Below, one piece after another: positions 13,159 to 27,191 of a DNA stretch of 64,000 nt. The position numbers and the translations under genes are program-made. This stretch comes from Eledone cirrhosa (taxonomy: Eukaryota). Position 1 is the stretch's first letter, and each line of letters begins with the position of its first letter. Under the pieces are notes generated by a model. The model had not been told where the DNA came from. It made no database searches and was given only the letters and a program-made list of their open reading frames with translations. The stretch is taken from positions 2,108,001 to 2,172,000 of the forward strand of contig OZ024755.1 of the NCBI GenBank assembly GCA_964016885.1, written 5' to 3'.

Positions 13159-13184
13159 GTCCAACTTGTACATTGTAATTTATC

Positions 13185-14990
13185 GAGATCTATAGAGTGT
13201 AGAGATCTATAGAGTGTAGAGAACTATAGAGAGTGTAGAGAGCTATAGAGTGTAGAGATCTATAGAGTGTAGAGAACTATAGAGTGTAGAGAACTATAGA
13301 GTGTAGAGAACTATAGAGTGTAGAGATCTATAGAGAGTGTAGAGATCTATAGAGAGTGTAGAGAACTATAGAGAGTGTAGAGAACTATAGAGAGTGTAGA
13401 GAACTATAGAGTGTAGAGATCTATAGAGTGTAGAGATCTATAGAGTGTAGAGAACTATAGAGTGTAGAGAACTATAGAGTGTAGAGAACTATAGAGTGTA
13501 GAGAACTATAGAGTGTAGAGATCTATAGAGTGTAGAGATCTATAGAGTGTAGAGAACTATAGAGTGTAGAGAACTATAGAGTGTAGAGAACTATAGAGTG
13601 TAGAGAACTATAGAGTGTAGAGATCTATAGAGTGTAGAGAACTATAGAGTGTAGAGAACTATAGAGTGTAGAGAACTATAGAGTGTAGAGATCTATAGAG
13701 AGTGTAGAGATCTATAGAGAGTGTAGAGAACTATAGAGAGTGTAGAGAACTATAGAGAGTGTAGAGAACTATAGAGAGTGTAGAAAACTATAGAGTGTAG
13801 AGATCTATAGAGTGTAGAGATCTATAGAGTGTAGAGATCTATAGAGTGTAGAGAACTATAGAGTGTAGAGATCTATAGAGAGTAGAGAACTATAGAGTGT
13901 AGAGAACTATAGAGTGTAGAGATCTATAGAGTGTAGAGATCTATAGAGTGTAGAGATCTATAGAGTGTAGAGATCTATAGAGTGTAGAGAACTATAGAGT
14001 GTAGAGAACTATAGAGTGTAGAGATCTATAGAGTGTAGAGCTCTATAGAGAGTGTAGAGAACTATAGAGAGTGTAGAGAACTATAGAGTGTAGAGAACTA
14101 TAGAGTGTAGAGAACTATAGAGTGTAGAGAACTATAGAGTGTAGAGAACTATAGAGTGTAGAGAACTATAGAGTGTAGAGATCTATAGAGTGCAGAGAAC
14201 TATAGAGTGTAGAGATCTATAGAGTGTAGAGAACTATAGAGTGTAGAGAACTATAGAGAGTGTAGAGATCTATAGAGAGTGTAGAGATCTATAGAGTGTA
14301 GAGAACTATAGAGTGTAGAGATCTATAGAGTGTAGAGAACTATAGAGTGTAGAGAACTATAGAGTGTAGAGAACTATAGAGTGTAGAGATCTATAGAGTG
14401 TAGAGAACTATAGAGTGTAGAGAACTATAGAGTGTAGAGATCTATAGAGTGCAGAGAACTATAGAGTGTAGAGATCTATAGAGTGTAGAGAACTATAGAG
14501 TGTAGAGATCTATAGAGTGTAGAGAACTATAGAGTGTAGAGAACTATAGAGTGTAGAGAACTATAGAGTGTAGAGAACTATAGAGTGTAGAGAACTATAG
14601 AGTGTAGAGATCTATAGAGTGTAGAGAACTATAGAGTGTAGAGATCTATAGAGTGTAGAGAACTATAGAGTGTAGAGATCTATAGAGTGTAGAGAACTAT
14701 AGAGTGTAGAGAACTATAGAGTGTAGAGAACTATAGAGTGTAGAGATCTATAGAGTGTAGAGAACTATAGAGTGTAGAGATCTATAGAGTGCAGAGAACT
14801 ATAGAGTGTAGAGAACTATAGAGTGTAGAGAACTATAGAGTGTAGAGATCTATAGAGTGTAGAGAACTATAGAGTGCAGAAAACTATAGAGTGCAGAGAA
14901 CTATAGAGTGTAGAGATCTATAGAGTGTAGAGAACTATAGAGAGTGTAGAGAACTATAGAGTGTAGAGAACTATAGAGATCTGTAGAGAG
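13185..14990. repeat. 17-bp satellite array, about 100 copies
   Basis: agaga(tc/ac)tatagagtgt with occasional 19-bp (+ga) units. Confidence 0.95.
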
Positions 14991-17016
14991 TTCTATTTTT
15001 AAAGAGCTTTTTTTTCTCTAAAAATTTATGATATTTTAAATTTGTTTACAACAAAACTTCATGTGCTTTACACCAGCCATAAATATATTATACATAACTA
15101 AACTTGAAGCAAAGTTCTTCTTTACTTTCCTGTTCATGAAGTCATGAAGTGAATACATTTTTTTATTTTATTTACAAGGGTTTATCTCACAAAAACATAC
15201 TTACACTCACAAGAGAAAAATATTATATTTACATATGGATGCCTTGATTTATTTTCAGATTATTTTTATTTTTCACTTCACTTTCAGTGAAATAGCAGGC
15301 CAATATAATCAACTATATCCTATATACAAAACAACTATTCTAACCTTCCCACAACTACACCACACTACCCACAAAAAAAATACAGTATCATCATCACTAT
15401 CATATGTAAAAGAGTGAATTTTGTGGGGGTAATTCCTTTCAACTCGGCAAGCAGCTACCTTTTTTTCAATGGCATAAAGTTGCATTGAAACAGAGCCCTA
15501 ACTAAGGTTTCCACAAATGGAAGGAAGAATGCTGCTTATAATCTCCTTTGTTGAGTTATAGACGGAGTTTCTTTAGCTCAATCAGCCAAAGAAATCAAAA
15601 CAGAAGAGAAAAAGTAATTCTTCCAATCTTGCAGTATGGTAATGAATATGTAGACCCAAACACATGGCAAGAATCCTTCCCCCCAAAAAAACAACTAACA
15701 AAAAACAACAAAATACATAAAAAAACAGAGTGGGGGTAGAGAGAGGGAGAGAATGGGGTTGTTGTAATGGATACATCTAGAACATGGCTGTGTATATCTT
15801 ATCCATTCTTATAAGAAACTTATGAAAGTATGAATATGCATATATGCATAGGCATTCATTCACTATGTATATATGTGTGGATGTATTAGCATTGTATGTA
15901 TATATGTATATATGTGTAAGTATATGTAAGTATGTGTGTGTATATATGTAAGTATGTATGTATCTATATATTTATATAAGTATGTATGTATATATATATA
16001 TATAAGTATGTTTATATATAAGTATGTGTGTATGTATGTGTGTATGTATATATGTAAGTATGTATGTATATATGTGTGTGTATGTATGTATGTGTGTATA
16101 TATATATGTATGTGTGTATATATATATGTATGTGTGTATGTGTTATATATGTAAGTATGTATGTATATATGTATGTGTGTATATATGTAAGTATGTATGT
16201 ATATATATGTGTGTATGTATGTAAGTATGTGTGTATATATATATGTATGTGTGTATATATGAATATGCATGAATGTAAATCAAAGAAGTAGAGTGTAGAT
16301 ATAAGAAATATAATACCAAGTTGTAACTTTTATTACACATGGATACCGATACATACATATGAATATACATTATATACACACACACACATATATATATATA
16401 CGTACACATATATATATATATATGCACACACACACACATAAATATTTATATATATTCAACATATATTCTCCATGTAAACAGGATTATATATACATCCATG
16501 CATATATACATACACACACATGGGAATACAAATCTATTATAAAACACAGACACACATACATAGATATATACACACACATTAACATAGACACATATATATA
16601 TATACACACATTAATATAGACACAGATATAAACACACACATAAATATAGACACATATACACACACATAAATGCACATTCATACATCAACATTAATCACTA
16701 TCATATATATACATAAACACATATGAGATGTATACATTAATATACATACATATACAAAAACAAACACATATAAAAAATATATACACTATGTACATATATA
16801 AAAAATATTTTATATAAATGCATATTGTATAATAGATGTAAGTAGAGACATACATATGTATATATACAACACATATAACGCACAAACAATACACATACAC
16901 ACACATATATACACATACATACACACAACACATATATATACAAAACATACACACATGCATACAACACACATACACACAACACACACATGTGATGTTAAGT
17001 TTCATAATAATTCTAC

Positions 17017-17072
17017 TCATCATCATCATCATCACCGTTTTACGTCCATTCTTCCACGCTAGCATGGGTTAG
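17017..17072 (-). mobile_element. SINE/LINE 3' tail with (GAT)n
   Basis: Reverse complement of the 18194-18250 tail. Confidence 0.8.
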
Positions 17073-17073
17073 A

Positions 17074-17255
17074 CTACTTTTGGCACAAGGCCAGCAATTA
17101 CCCAGTACATTACTGGTACTTTATTTTATCGACCCCGTAAGGATGAAAGGCAAAGTTAACCTCGGCGGGATTTGAACTCAGACTGTAAAGGGACGTAAAT
17201 CTATGCTTCAAAGCATGGCGTCCGACCCTCTACTGATACTGCCACTCGATCGCTT
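17074..17255 (-). mobile_element. SINE family A (short form), near full length
   Basis: ggcacaaggccagcaattacccagtacattactggtactttattttatcgaccccgtaaggatgaaaggcaaagttaacctcggcgggatttgaactcag. Confidence 0.9.
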
Positions 17256-17788
17256 CATAATAATGTTCACTATCATTGCCTGACACACTGACCACAGCTA
17301 GATATAGTTTAGTTTGTTAGCAGAAGAGAGTGACACGGTGGCAGGGGGAGAGGGTGAGAGAGAAGGTAGGGAGAGGGGGGGCAGGGGGGAGATGGTGAGA
17401 CAGGGAGGTGGGTAAGACAGAGAGGTGGGTAAGAGGGTGAGAGAGAAGGAAGGAGGTATTCTCAAAGCTGGCCCTGGAATCCCAACCACAGACAACAGTA
17501 GACTCTACAAAAGGTAGGAACCATGTAGTGGTGGTGTCTGGCCAATGGATTAACTCTACCATCTAAGTAGACCACAGAAAGATTTGAAGACAGAATATAA
17601 AGAGTCAGAAAGGTTACATTGCAGGACATCAGATCTGATGTCCTAACACTGTCTACAATATTGGACTGGTAGAAGTTAACTGCAGACCACACGAATGAAA
17701 GACTAAGTTAACTGCAGTGAAATTTGAACTAAACAGGCAACAAGCTAGAATATATCATCATCATCGTCCACGCTAGCATGATATATAT

Positions 17789-17937
17789 ATATATTTCACT
17801 GTAATTTTGACTAAAGAAATTTTAGCCTGATAATGGGGTTTAGAACACTCAGATAAATGGAAAAAGATGAGTATTGATGTACATCTTTTCCATTATCAGG
17901 CTAAAATTTCTTTAGTCAAAATTAGGGTGAAATATAT
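17789..17937. repeat. (TA)n-flanked nested inverted repeat element
   Basis: Arms 17789-17836 and 17890-17937 (about 48 bp, 2 mismatches); inner hairpin 17856-17894. Confidence 0.85.
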
Positions 17938-17983
17938 TCTATTTTCTAATTTCAAACCTGCTCACTGTTTCGAAACATACTTA

Positions 17984-18049
<66 letters not shown>

Positions 18050-18050
<1 letters not shown>

Positions 18051-18257
18051 CACGGAAAAAAAGCACCCAGCACTCACTGTAAATGAGGTTGGTGTTAGGA
18101 AGGGCATCCAGCTGTAGAAATCAAGCCAGAATCAGTTCCTGTATGAGCAAGGCATGGTCAGCCGATCGGACACTGCCCACAACGGGACAACCTGTCTAAC
18201 CCATGCTAGCGTGGAAGAACGGACGTAAAACGATGATGATGATGATGATGATGATGA
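18050..18257 (+). mobile_element. 3' portion of a SINE/RTE-type retroposon with (GAT)n tail
   Basis: aaaagcacccag...ggttggtgttaggaagggcatccagctgtagaaa...ccatgctagcgtggaagaacggacgtaaaac(gat)n; the tail recurs five more times in the window. Confidence 0.75.
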
Positions 18258-18395
18258 TATATATATATATTCTAGCTTGCTGCATATTTAGTTCAAATTT
18301 GTACACACACACACACACACACACACAATATTTTGAGTTGATATACCCTTTTCAGTTTTTATATTCCAAAACGAAGTTCTTTATGTGTGTGTGTG

Positions 18396-18454
<59 letters not shown>

Positions 18455-18967
18455 TTATATATATCATTATACTATATATATACCTCATATATCGCTATAT
18501 TCATCATCATCATCACATGTCCATTTGTGGGTGCATGTATGTGTATCTGTGTGTGTCACCACACAATGTCACAGGTCTCTGTATATATATATATGTATAT
18601 ATATATATATGTGTGTATGTATATATATGTGTGTATGTATATGTATGTATATATATATATGTGTGTATGTGTATGTATGTATATGTATGTGTATGAACCA
18701 GTCAGCACACAATGTCACCACAATACTATAAAAAACAAATATTACCACTGACATTGTTTATGTCCCTCATAAATAATAAAATACAGTTTATTGTAGCAAA
18801 CATAAACTATAGAAATATATATAAAGTGGATATATTGATATATATAGAGGGAGTCCCTAGGGTAGAGACACAGGCAAGTAAAATGGTGCTGATGATATAT
18901 ATATATAGAGAGAGGGTCCCTAGAGCCTGGACACACAGGCAAATATATATGCTGATGATATATATAT

Positions 18968-19159
18968 AAAACGAAGGAAGTGTGGTAAGGAACCAGGTGA
19001 ACTATAACGCACCAGAGTACTCGATACTTAGGGTAGTAGAGTGGGTAATAGGAAAAGAGTCAGGACCCTGATGGCTGAGCTCTGGCCGTTTCAAGAGCTA
19101 GTTCAGAACTATCTGTCGAAACGGCCGGAGTTCAGCTGTCGGGGTCCTGACTCTTTTCC

Positions 19160-19163
<4 letters not shown>
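18968..19163 (-). mobile_element. Penelope-like pseudo-LTR fragment family C with half-hammerhead palindrome
   Basis: Homologous to 37757-37888 and 63814-63953; arms 19048-19092 / 19118-19163; GAAAC-GGC-loop-GCU-GUC|GGGG; flanked by (TA)n. Confidence 0.7.
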
Positions 19164-19249
<86 letters not shown>

Positions 19250-19360
19250 AGGGGTGTCTCTAGGGTCTGGACACAGAAGCAAATAAAATGGTGGTGATGG
19301 TGGATGCTTCGTCCTTTGAGGACACACCCTAATTTTGACAACCCAAAATTTAAATAATTG

Positions 19361-19428
19361 TTTCTACTTTAGGCACAAGGCCAGCAATTACCCAGTGCAT
19401 TACTGGTACTTTATTCTATCGACCCCGT
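19361..19428 (-). mobile_element. SINE family A 3' fragment
   Basis: tttctactttaggcacaaggccagcaattacccagtgcattactggtact. Confidence 0.85.
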
Positions 19429-20228
19429 TGGCCTCCAGGACGCATAGTATATTTTTGAGAGTTATTTTAGGAAAAAAGTAGAGTCTTCGATGCAGGAAAT
19501 ACGGTGTATATATTGAAGGGGTCGCTAAAGTCTGGATACACAGGCAAAATACATATTTTCAATTAAAACAAATTTTGTTTTATTTCATTGAAATATCAAT
19601 AAATAATATCTTTAGTTTGATGTGTTTTGTGAGATTCACATTAAACTGATATATTAATCCCTCATTTCCATCCAGAGTTTAGGGACACTCTGTTTGTGTG
19701 TGTGTGTGTGAGAGTGTGTGTGTAAGAAGGAAGAGATACAGAGACAATGGAATTTAGAGCGTGAGAGGAAAGAGATGGTGAGAGAGATAGATAGATAGTG
19801 AGAGAAAGAGAGATGGCAAAACAATGAGAGAGAGAGATGGTGAAAGAGATGGTAAAACAATGAAAGAAAGAGATGGTGAAACAATGAGAAAGAGAGAGAG
19901 ATGGTGTGAAACAATGAGAAAGAGAGAGAGATGGTGAAAGAGATGGTAAAACAGCGAGAGAGAGAGAGAGAGATATGCAATAAAGAAGAGAGGAAGTGTT
20001 ATATGTAATATTGTCACAGAAGCTGTCCCCTTTTTATCCTCTCCCCATATTTGAAACTTGATACATCCCCTATACAACACCCTTAATTCAATCTACCCCC
20101 CTCCATCTAACACCTTTCATCTAATTTACTTCTCCCCCATCCCCTCTCAATACTCCCCACCCCTCCCAATATTCCTCACCCCCTCTCAAATAAATACACC
20201 CTTATTTCAATCGATACTCCACTCCCTC

Positions 20229-20428
20229 NNNNNNNNNNNNNNNNNNNNNNNNNNNNNNNNNNNNNNNNNNNNNNNNNNNNNNNNNNNNNNNNNNNNNNNN
20301 NNNNNNNNNNNNNNNNNNNNNNNNNNNNNNNNNNNNNNNNNNNNNNNNNNNNNNNNNNNNNNNNNNNNNNNNNNNNNNNNNNNNNNNNNNNNNNNNNNNN
20401 NNNNNNNNNNNNNNNNNNNNNNNNNNNN
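20229..20428. other. Assembly gap (200 N)
   Basis: Run of exactly 200 N, probably a fixed-length scaffold join. Confidence 0.98.
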
Positions 20429-20889
20429 AAGCAGAGCCGAAATATAATACAACAAAACTACAAAGATAATCATAATAATAATAATAAATAGAAATATAAA
20501 AATAAAGAGGCTAAAAAAATGTGGCAAACATTAAAATAGAGCGTAAATAATGTTATAAATAAGAACAATAATATTAATAACAGCTATAAAGACAACAATA
20601 ACTATAACAACAACAACAACAGCAATAACAGCAACATCAACAACAACAACTATAACAACAACAACAACAACAACAGCAATAACAGCAATAATAGCAACAT
20701 CAACAACTATAACAACAACAACAACAACAATAACAACAATAATACCAACAGCAACAACAACAACTATAACAACAACAACAACAATAATACCAACAGCAAC
20801 AACAACAACTATAACAACAACTATAACAACAACAACAACAATAATACCAACAGCAGCAACAACAACAACAACTATAACAACAATAATAC

Positions 20890-20920
<31 letters not shown>

Positions 20921-21219
20921 TATAACAACAACAACAACAATAACAACAGCAAAAACAACTACAACAACAACAGCAACAGCAATAACAGCAACAACAACAA
21001 GAACAACAATAGCAACAGTAATAATAACAACACCAACAACATCAACAACAATAACGACAATAACAACAGCTACTACAACCAGAAACATGTAACAGCGACT
21101 TATCTGACAACCGTAATAACTAGAGCTATGCATATTTACGCCCGTTTTTAACGTCGCTTCTAACATTGATTAAAAAGAATTGATCGCCTATAACAAGAAC
21201 GGAAAGAATAACAACAGAG

Positions 21220-21267
<48 letters not shown>

Positions 21268-21284
21268 GTAACAATAATAAAGGC

Positions 21285-21449
21285 ATGCAAAATTTGCATA
21301 TATTTTATCATGCATACGTCGAAAATTCCAGACAGCGCTGTTTCAAGATTAGTTAATCATTTAGCAGTGATATTCACTCAACCCGTATTGACATGGAAAT
21401 AGAGTCGCTATTTGCATATTGAACGTTTGCAGGGGATGCTCATTTGCAT
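21285..21449. promoter_or_regulatory. Cluster of POU octamer motifs (candidate enhancer)
   Basis: ATTTGCAT at 21292, 21410 and 21442 in unique sequence; near-octamer ATGCAAAA at 21285. Confidence 0.35.
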
Positions 21450-21518
21450 ATAATGTAAACATGGCTGATTATAGTTAATTGACGGTAGCTGTAAGATAGT
21501 CTTAGAGCTTAATAGGGT

Positions 21519-21645
21519 TGTGTGTGAAAGTATATACTATATGTGTATGTATGTGTTTGTGTGTGAAAGTATATACTATATGTGTATGTATGTGTTTGTG
21601 TGTGAAAGTATATACTATATGTGTATGTATGTGTTTGTGTGTGAA
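21519..21645. repeat. About 40-bp tandem repeat x3
   Basis: tgtgtgtgaaagtatatactatatgtgtatgtatgtgtt. Confidence 0.9.
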
Positions 21646-22088
21646 ACATGGCAAGGAGAGAGAAAGCGAGGATGAAAAATAAAGTTAAGTGGAAAGAAGA
21701 GAGAAAAAGAATAAAAGAAAAAAGAAAGAAAAAGAAAAAGAAAAAGAAAAAGAAAAAGAAAAAGAGAATGTAAGGAAAGAAAGGAGGAAAGAAAGGGTTA
21801 AACATAAAACAACAAAAGGTATTTGATGGAAAAATAGAAAAATAGTGAAATCAAAAGAAAAGCTGTCGTTCAAAAAATAAAAATTGTGACAAATTTTTGA
21901 CGTTTTTAATTTCTTCATTTTTAAATTGAAACTATCAAAAATGGAGAATTGTCCACAAGTTATTGTTTCCAATATATTGATGGTGTTTTGGGGGCTTTTT
22001 CTTTATTTTATACACATATCCACCCCATGTATATATATATATATATATCCACACCATGTATATATATTTATATATATATATCCACCCC

Positions 22089-22124
<36 letters not shown>

Positions 22125-22129
22125 ACCCC

Positions 22130-22172
<43 letters not shown>

Positions 22173-22311
22173 TATATATATATATAGTTATATATATATA
22201 TATATATAGTTATATATATATATATATATAGTTATATATATATATATAGTTATATATATATATATATATAGTTATATATATATATAGTTATATATATATA
22301 TATATATATAG

Positions 22312-22358
<47 letters not shown>

Positions 22359-22393
22359 TATATATATAGTTATATATATATATATATATATAG

Positions 22394-22507
<114 letters not shown>

Positions 22508-23489
22508 CTATATATATATATATATATATAATGTAGCGCCTTAACTTCGCCTTAATATCTTTATTTATATATATATCTGTTTGTGTGTGTGTGTCTGTCT
22601 GTCTGTCTGTCTGTGTGTGTTGTGTGTGTGCATGTCTTTATGTCTATGTGTGTTAGTATGCATGTGTGTATATCTGTGTGTGTCACTCTGTGTTAGTGTG
22701 TGTGCATGCATATATATCTATGTGTGTGCATGTATATATATCTATGTGTGTGTGCATGTGTGTGTATATCTATGTGTGTGTGCATGTGTATATATCTATG
22801 TGTGTGTGCATGTATATATATCTATGTGTGTGTGCATGTGTGTGTATATCTATGTGTGTGTGCATGTGTATATATCTATGTGTGTGTGCATGTGTGTATA
22901 TATATGTGTGTGTGCATGTGTATATATCTATGTGTGTGTGCATGTGTGTATATATATGTGTGCGTGTATGTGTATATCTATGTGTGTGTGCATGTGTGTA
23001 TATATATGTGTGTGTGCATGTGTATATATCTGTGTGTGTGCATGTGTGTATATCTATGTGTGTGTGCATGTGTGTATATATATGTGTGTGTGCATGTGTA
23101 TATATCTGTGTGTGTGCATGTGTGTATATCTATGTGTGTGTGCATGTGTGTATATATATATGTGTGTGTATGTGTGTGTATACTAAAACATGCATAATTT
23201 ATTGACACGAAAAAACATGAAAGTGAGTAAGTTTTAAAAAGGAGGCGGTTGAATATTTAAATATTTCACAGTAGTTGTGTTATTTTATACATGTTTACTG
23301 GCGCTAAACTTATATATATTGATCTGTTGGTGCTGGTAGGGCCTGGGTAGGGGGGGGGGCAGGTGGTGTCCATGTAGGTCTGTGATGGTTGTGGTTGTTA
23401 CTGCTGTGGTGGTGTTTGTTGTAGGGATGTTGTGATGATGTTAGGGCCTGTGTATGTGGTGGTGGTGGTGGTGGTGGTGGTGGTGGTGG

Positions 23490-23520
<31 letters not shown>

Positions 23521-23545
23521 AGTAGTAGTGGTAGTAGTAGTAGTG

Positions 23546-23577
<32 letters not shown>

Positions 23578-23871
23578 GGTGTTTGTGGTGATGGTGGTTG
23601 TGGTGGTGGCGGCGGTGGTGGTGGTGGTGGTGGTGGTGGTGGTGTTACTGCTGCTGCTGGTGGTGGTGGTGGTGGTGGTTGGCTGGTCGTTATTGTTGAA
23701 TAGATACGAGGATGGTTGAGATGGCGGAGACAAGGTGGAAGCTAGTATTGGTGGCGGCGGGGGGGGGTGTAGTGTGTCAGTGGAAACTAGAAGTATGTTT
23801 CTGATGATGATGATGATTGTTATCATGATGCAACAAATGTGGTAATGGTGTTTCTTGTAACCCATATAGTT

Positions 23872-25355
23872 AACAACTACAACACCAACAACAACAACCA
23901 CAACTACAACACCAACTACAACAACCACAACCACTAGTACCACAACTACAACACCAACAACCACAACTACAACACCAACAACAACAACCACAACTACAAC
24001 ACCAACACCAACAACCACAACCACTAGTACCACAACTACAACACCAACAACCACAACTACAACACCAACAACAACAACCACAACCACTAGTACCACAACT
24101 ACAACACCAACAACCACAACTACAACACCAACACCAACAACCACAACCACTAGTACCACAACACCAACAACAACAACCACAACCACTAGTACCACAACTA
24201 CAACACCAACACCAACAACAACAACCACAACCACTAGTACCACAACTACAACACCAACAACCACAACTACAACACCAACACCAACAACCACAACCACTAG
24301 TACCACAACACCAACAACAACAACCACAACCACTAGTACCACAACTACAACACCAACAACAACAACCACAACTACAACACCAACACCAACAACCACAACC
24401 ACTAGTACCACAACTACAACACCAACAACCACAACTACAACACCAACAACAACAACCACAACCACTAGTACCACAACTACAACACCAACAACCACAACTA
24501 CAACACCAACACCAACAACCACAACCACTAGTACCACAACACCAACAATAACAACCACAACCACTAGTACCACAACTACAACACCAACACCAACAACAAC
24601 AACCACAACCACTAGTACCACAACTACAACACCAACAACCACAACTACAACACCAACACCAACAACCACAACCACTAGTACCACAACACCAACAACAACA
24701 ACCACAACCACTAGTACCACAACTACAACACCAACAACAACAACCACAACTACAACACCAACACCAACAACCACAACCACTAGTACCACAACACCAACAA
24801 CAACAACCACAACCACTAGTACCACAACTACAACACCAACAACCACAACTACAACACCAACACCAACAACCACAACCACTAGTACCACAACACCAACAAC
24901 AACAACCACAACCACTAGTACCACAACTACAACACCAACAACAACAACCACAACTACAACACCAACACCAACAACCACAACCACTAGTACCACAACACCA
25001 ACAACAACAACCACAACCACTAGTACCACAACTACAACACCAACAACAACCACAACAACTACAACACCAACACCAACAACCACAACCACTAGTACCACAA
25101 CACCAACAACAACAACCACAACCACTAGTACCACAACTACAACACCAACACCAACAACCACAACCACTAGTACCACAACACCAACAACAACAACCACAAC
25201 CACTAGTACCACAACTACAACACCAACAACAACCACAACAACTACAACACCAACACCAACAACCACAACCACTAGTACCACAACACCAACAACAACAACC
25301 ACAACCACTAGTACCACAACTACAACACCAACAACAACCACAACAACAACTACAA
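23872..25355. repeat. (ACA/ACC)n higher-order repeat punctuated by ACTAGT
   Basis: accacaaccactagtaccacaac units with variable spacing. Confidence 0.9.
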
Positions 25356-25396
25356 AAACGTAAAAAAAAATCATTTCAAGTTTCGTGAAGTTCAAA

Positions 25397-25480
<84 letters not shown>

Positions 25481-27157
25481 TGTGTGTCTGTGTATGTTAG
25501 TATGTGTGTATGTCTGTATGTGTTGGTGTGTGTGTGTGTGGTTGTGTGTTTGCCTGTGTGTTTGTGCGTATGCCTGTATGTACCTGTGTGTATGTGTGTA
25601 TGTGTGTATGTGTGTTAGTGTGTTAGTATGTGTGTCAGAAAGTTTGTTGAAGTCAAAATTTCTTACTCATAAAAACTAACAGAAAATAGTTGAAAATGTG
25701 TGATATATTTATTTAAACACCATAAATAATAAAACCTACACAGAATTCAAACAACCAAATAAAATTACTTTAATTTATTTTTATATACGTCTTTTTAATT
25801 TATAACATTTAAAATTACAATGGTATAGCTTCATTTTTTTGGTTCTGTTTTTATTTATTTTTTTTTTTTGGGGGGGGGGCTTTTTGTTGTTTTGTTAGTT
25901 TGTTTTTTGTGTGTTTGTGTTTGTGTTTTTTTCTTGTTGAAAATATAAAATTAATGTAAAAACTACAATGATTTGGTGTCAACAATATTGTTGGTTGTTT
26001 GATGAAATTTCATGTAACTTTGTTGAAGAGAAACATCTTAAGAAGTGTAGTGTGTAACTTGTGACATTATATATAGGTGTGGGTGTGTGTGGACCTGTGT
26101 TATGGTTAATGTGTGAGTGTGTGAGTGTGAGTGTGTGTATATTATTAATGTTGTGTGGGTGTGGCTCTGTCTGTGCGTATGTGTGTGTATGTGTGTGCGT
26201 GTGTGTCTGTGAGAGAGAGAGTGTATTATTCAAGTTGTGTGAGAGAGTGAATGTTTTATTATTAGCATTGTGGTGATTGTGATGGTGGTGATGGTGATGG
26301 TGGTGGTGGTGTTGGTGGTGGTGGTGATGGTGGTGTTGGTGGTGGTGGTGATGGTGGTGGTGATGGTGGTGGTGGTGTTGGTGGTGGTGGTGATGGTGGT
26401 GTTGGTGGTGATAGTGGTGGTGGTGATAGTGGTGATAGTGGGGATAGTGGTGGTGGTGCTGGTGGTGATGGTGGTGGTGGTGATAGTGGTGATATTGGTG
26501 GTGGTGATGGTGGTGGTGGTGTTGGTGGTGATAGTGGTGGTGGTGAAAGTGGTGATAGTGGTGGGGCCGATTGCGATGGTGGTGGTGCTGGTCGTGATTG
26601 TGATGGTATTGGTGGTGTTGATAGTGGTGGTGGTGATAGTGGTGATAGTGGTGGTGGTGGTGGTGGTGGTGCTGGTGGAGGTGGTGGTGGTGGTGATAGT
26701 GGTGATAGTGGTGCTGGTGGTGGTGGTGGTGCTGGTGGAGGTGGTAGTGGTGGTGGTAGTGGTGATAGTGGTGTTGGTGGAGGTGGTGGTGGTACTGGTG
26801 CTGGTGGTGGTGGAGGTGGTGGTGGTACTGGTGGTGGTGGTGGTGGAGGTGGTGGTGGTACTGGTGGTGGTGGTGGTGGTACTGGTGGTGGTGGTGGTGG
26901 AGGTGGTGGTGGTACTGGTAAGGGTAGGAATAGTTGTAGATGGTGATGTTTAAATGTTCTGGTTGTAGTCTGCGATGTTGAAGTAAACTCACAATTTCTC
27001 TCTCAGACCTTCTTTTCAATTTAACAATACGAAAAGCCTCTGATAATGTTTCAAAGCCATTTCTGGTCCAAGTTGTTGTTGTTGTTGTTGTTGTTGTTAC
27101 TCTTGTTGCTGTTGTTGTTGTTGTTCTTTTTCTTGCTGTTGTTGTTGTTCTTGCTAC

Positions 27158-27191
<34 letters not shown>

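Noticed and set aside
13185-14990. CRISPR-like appearance of regular arrays (also 3911-4036, 32482-33025)
   Set aside because: No unique spacers, no cas genes, eukaryotic context
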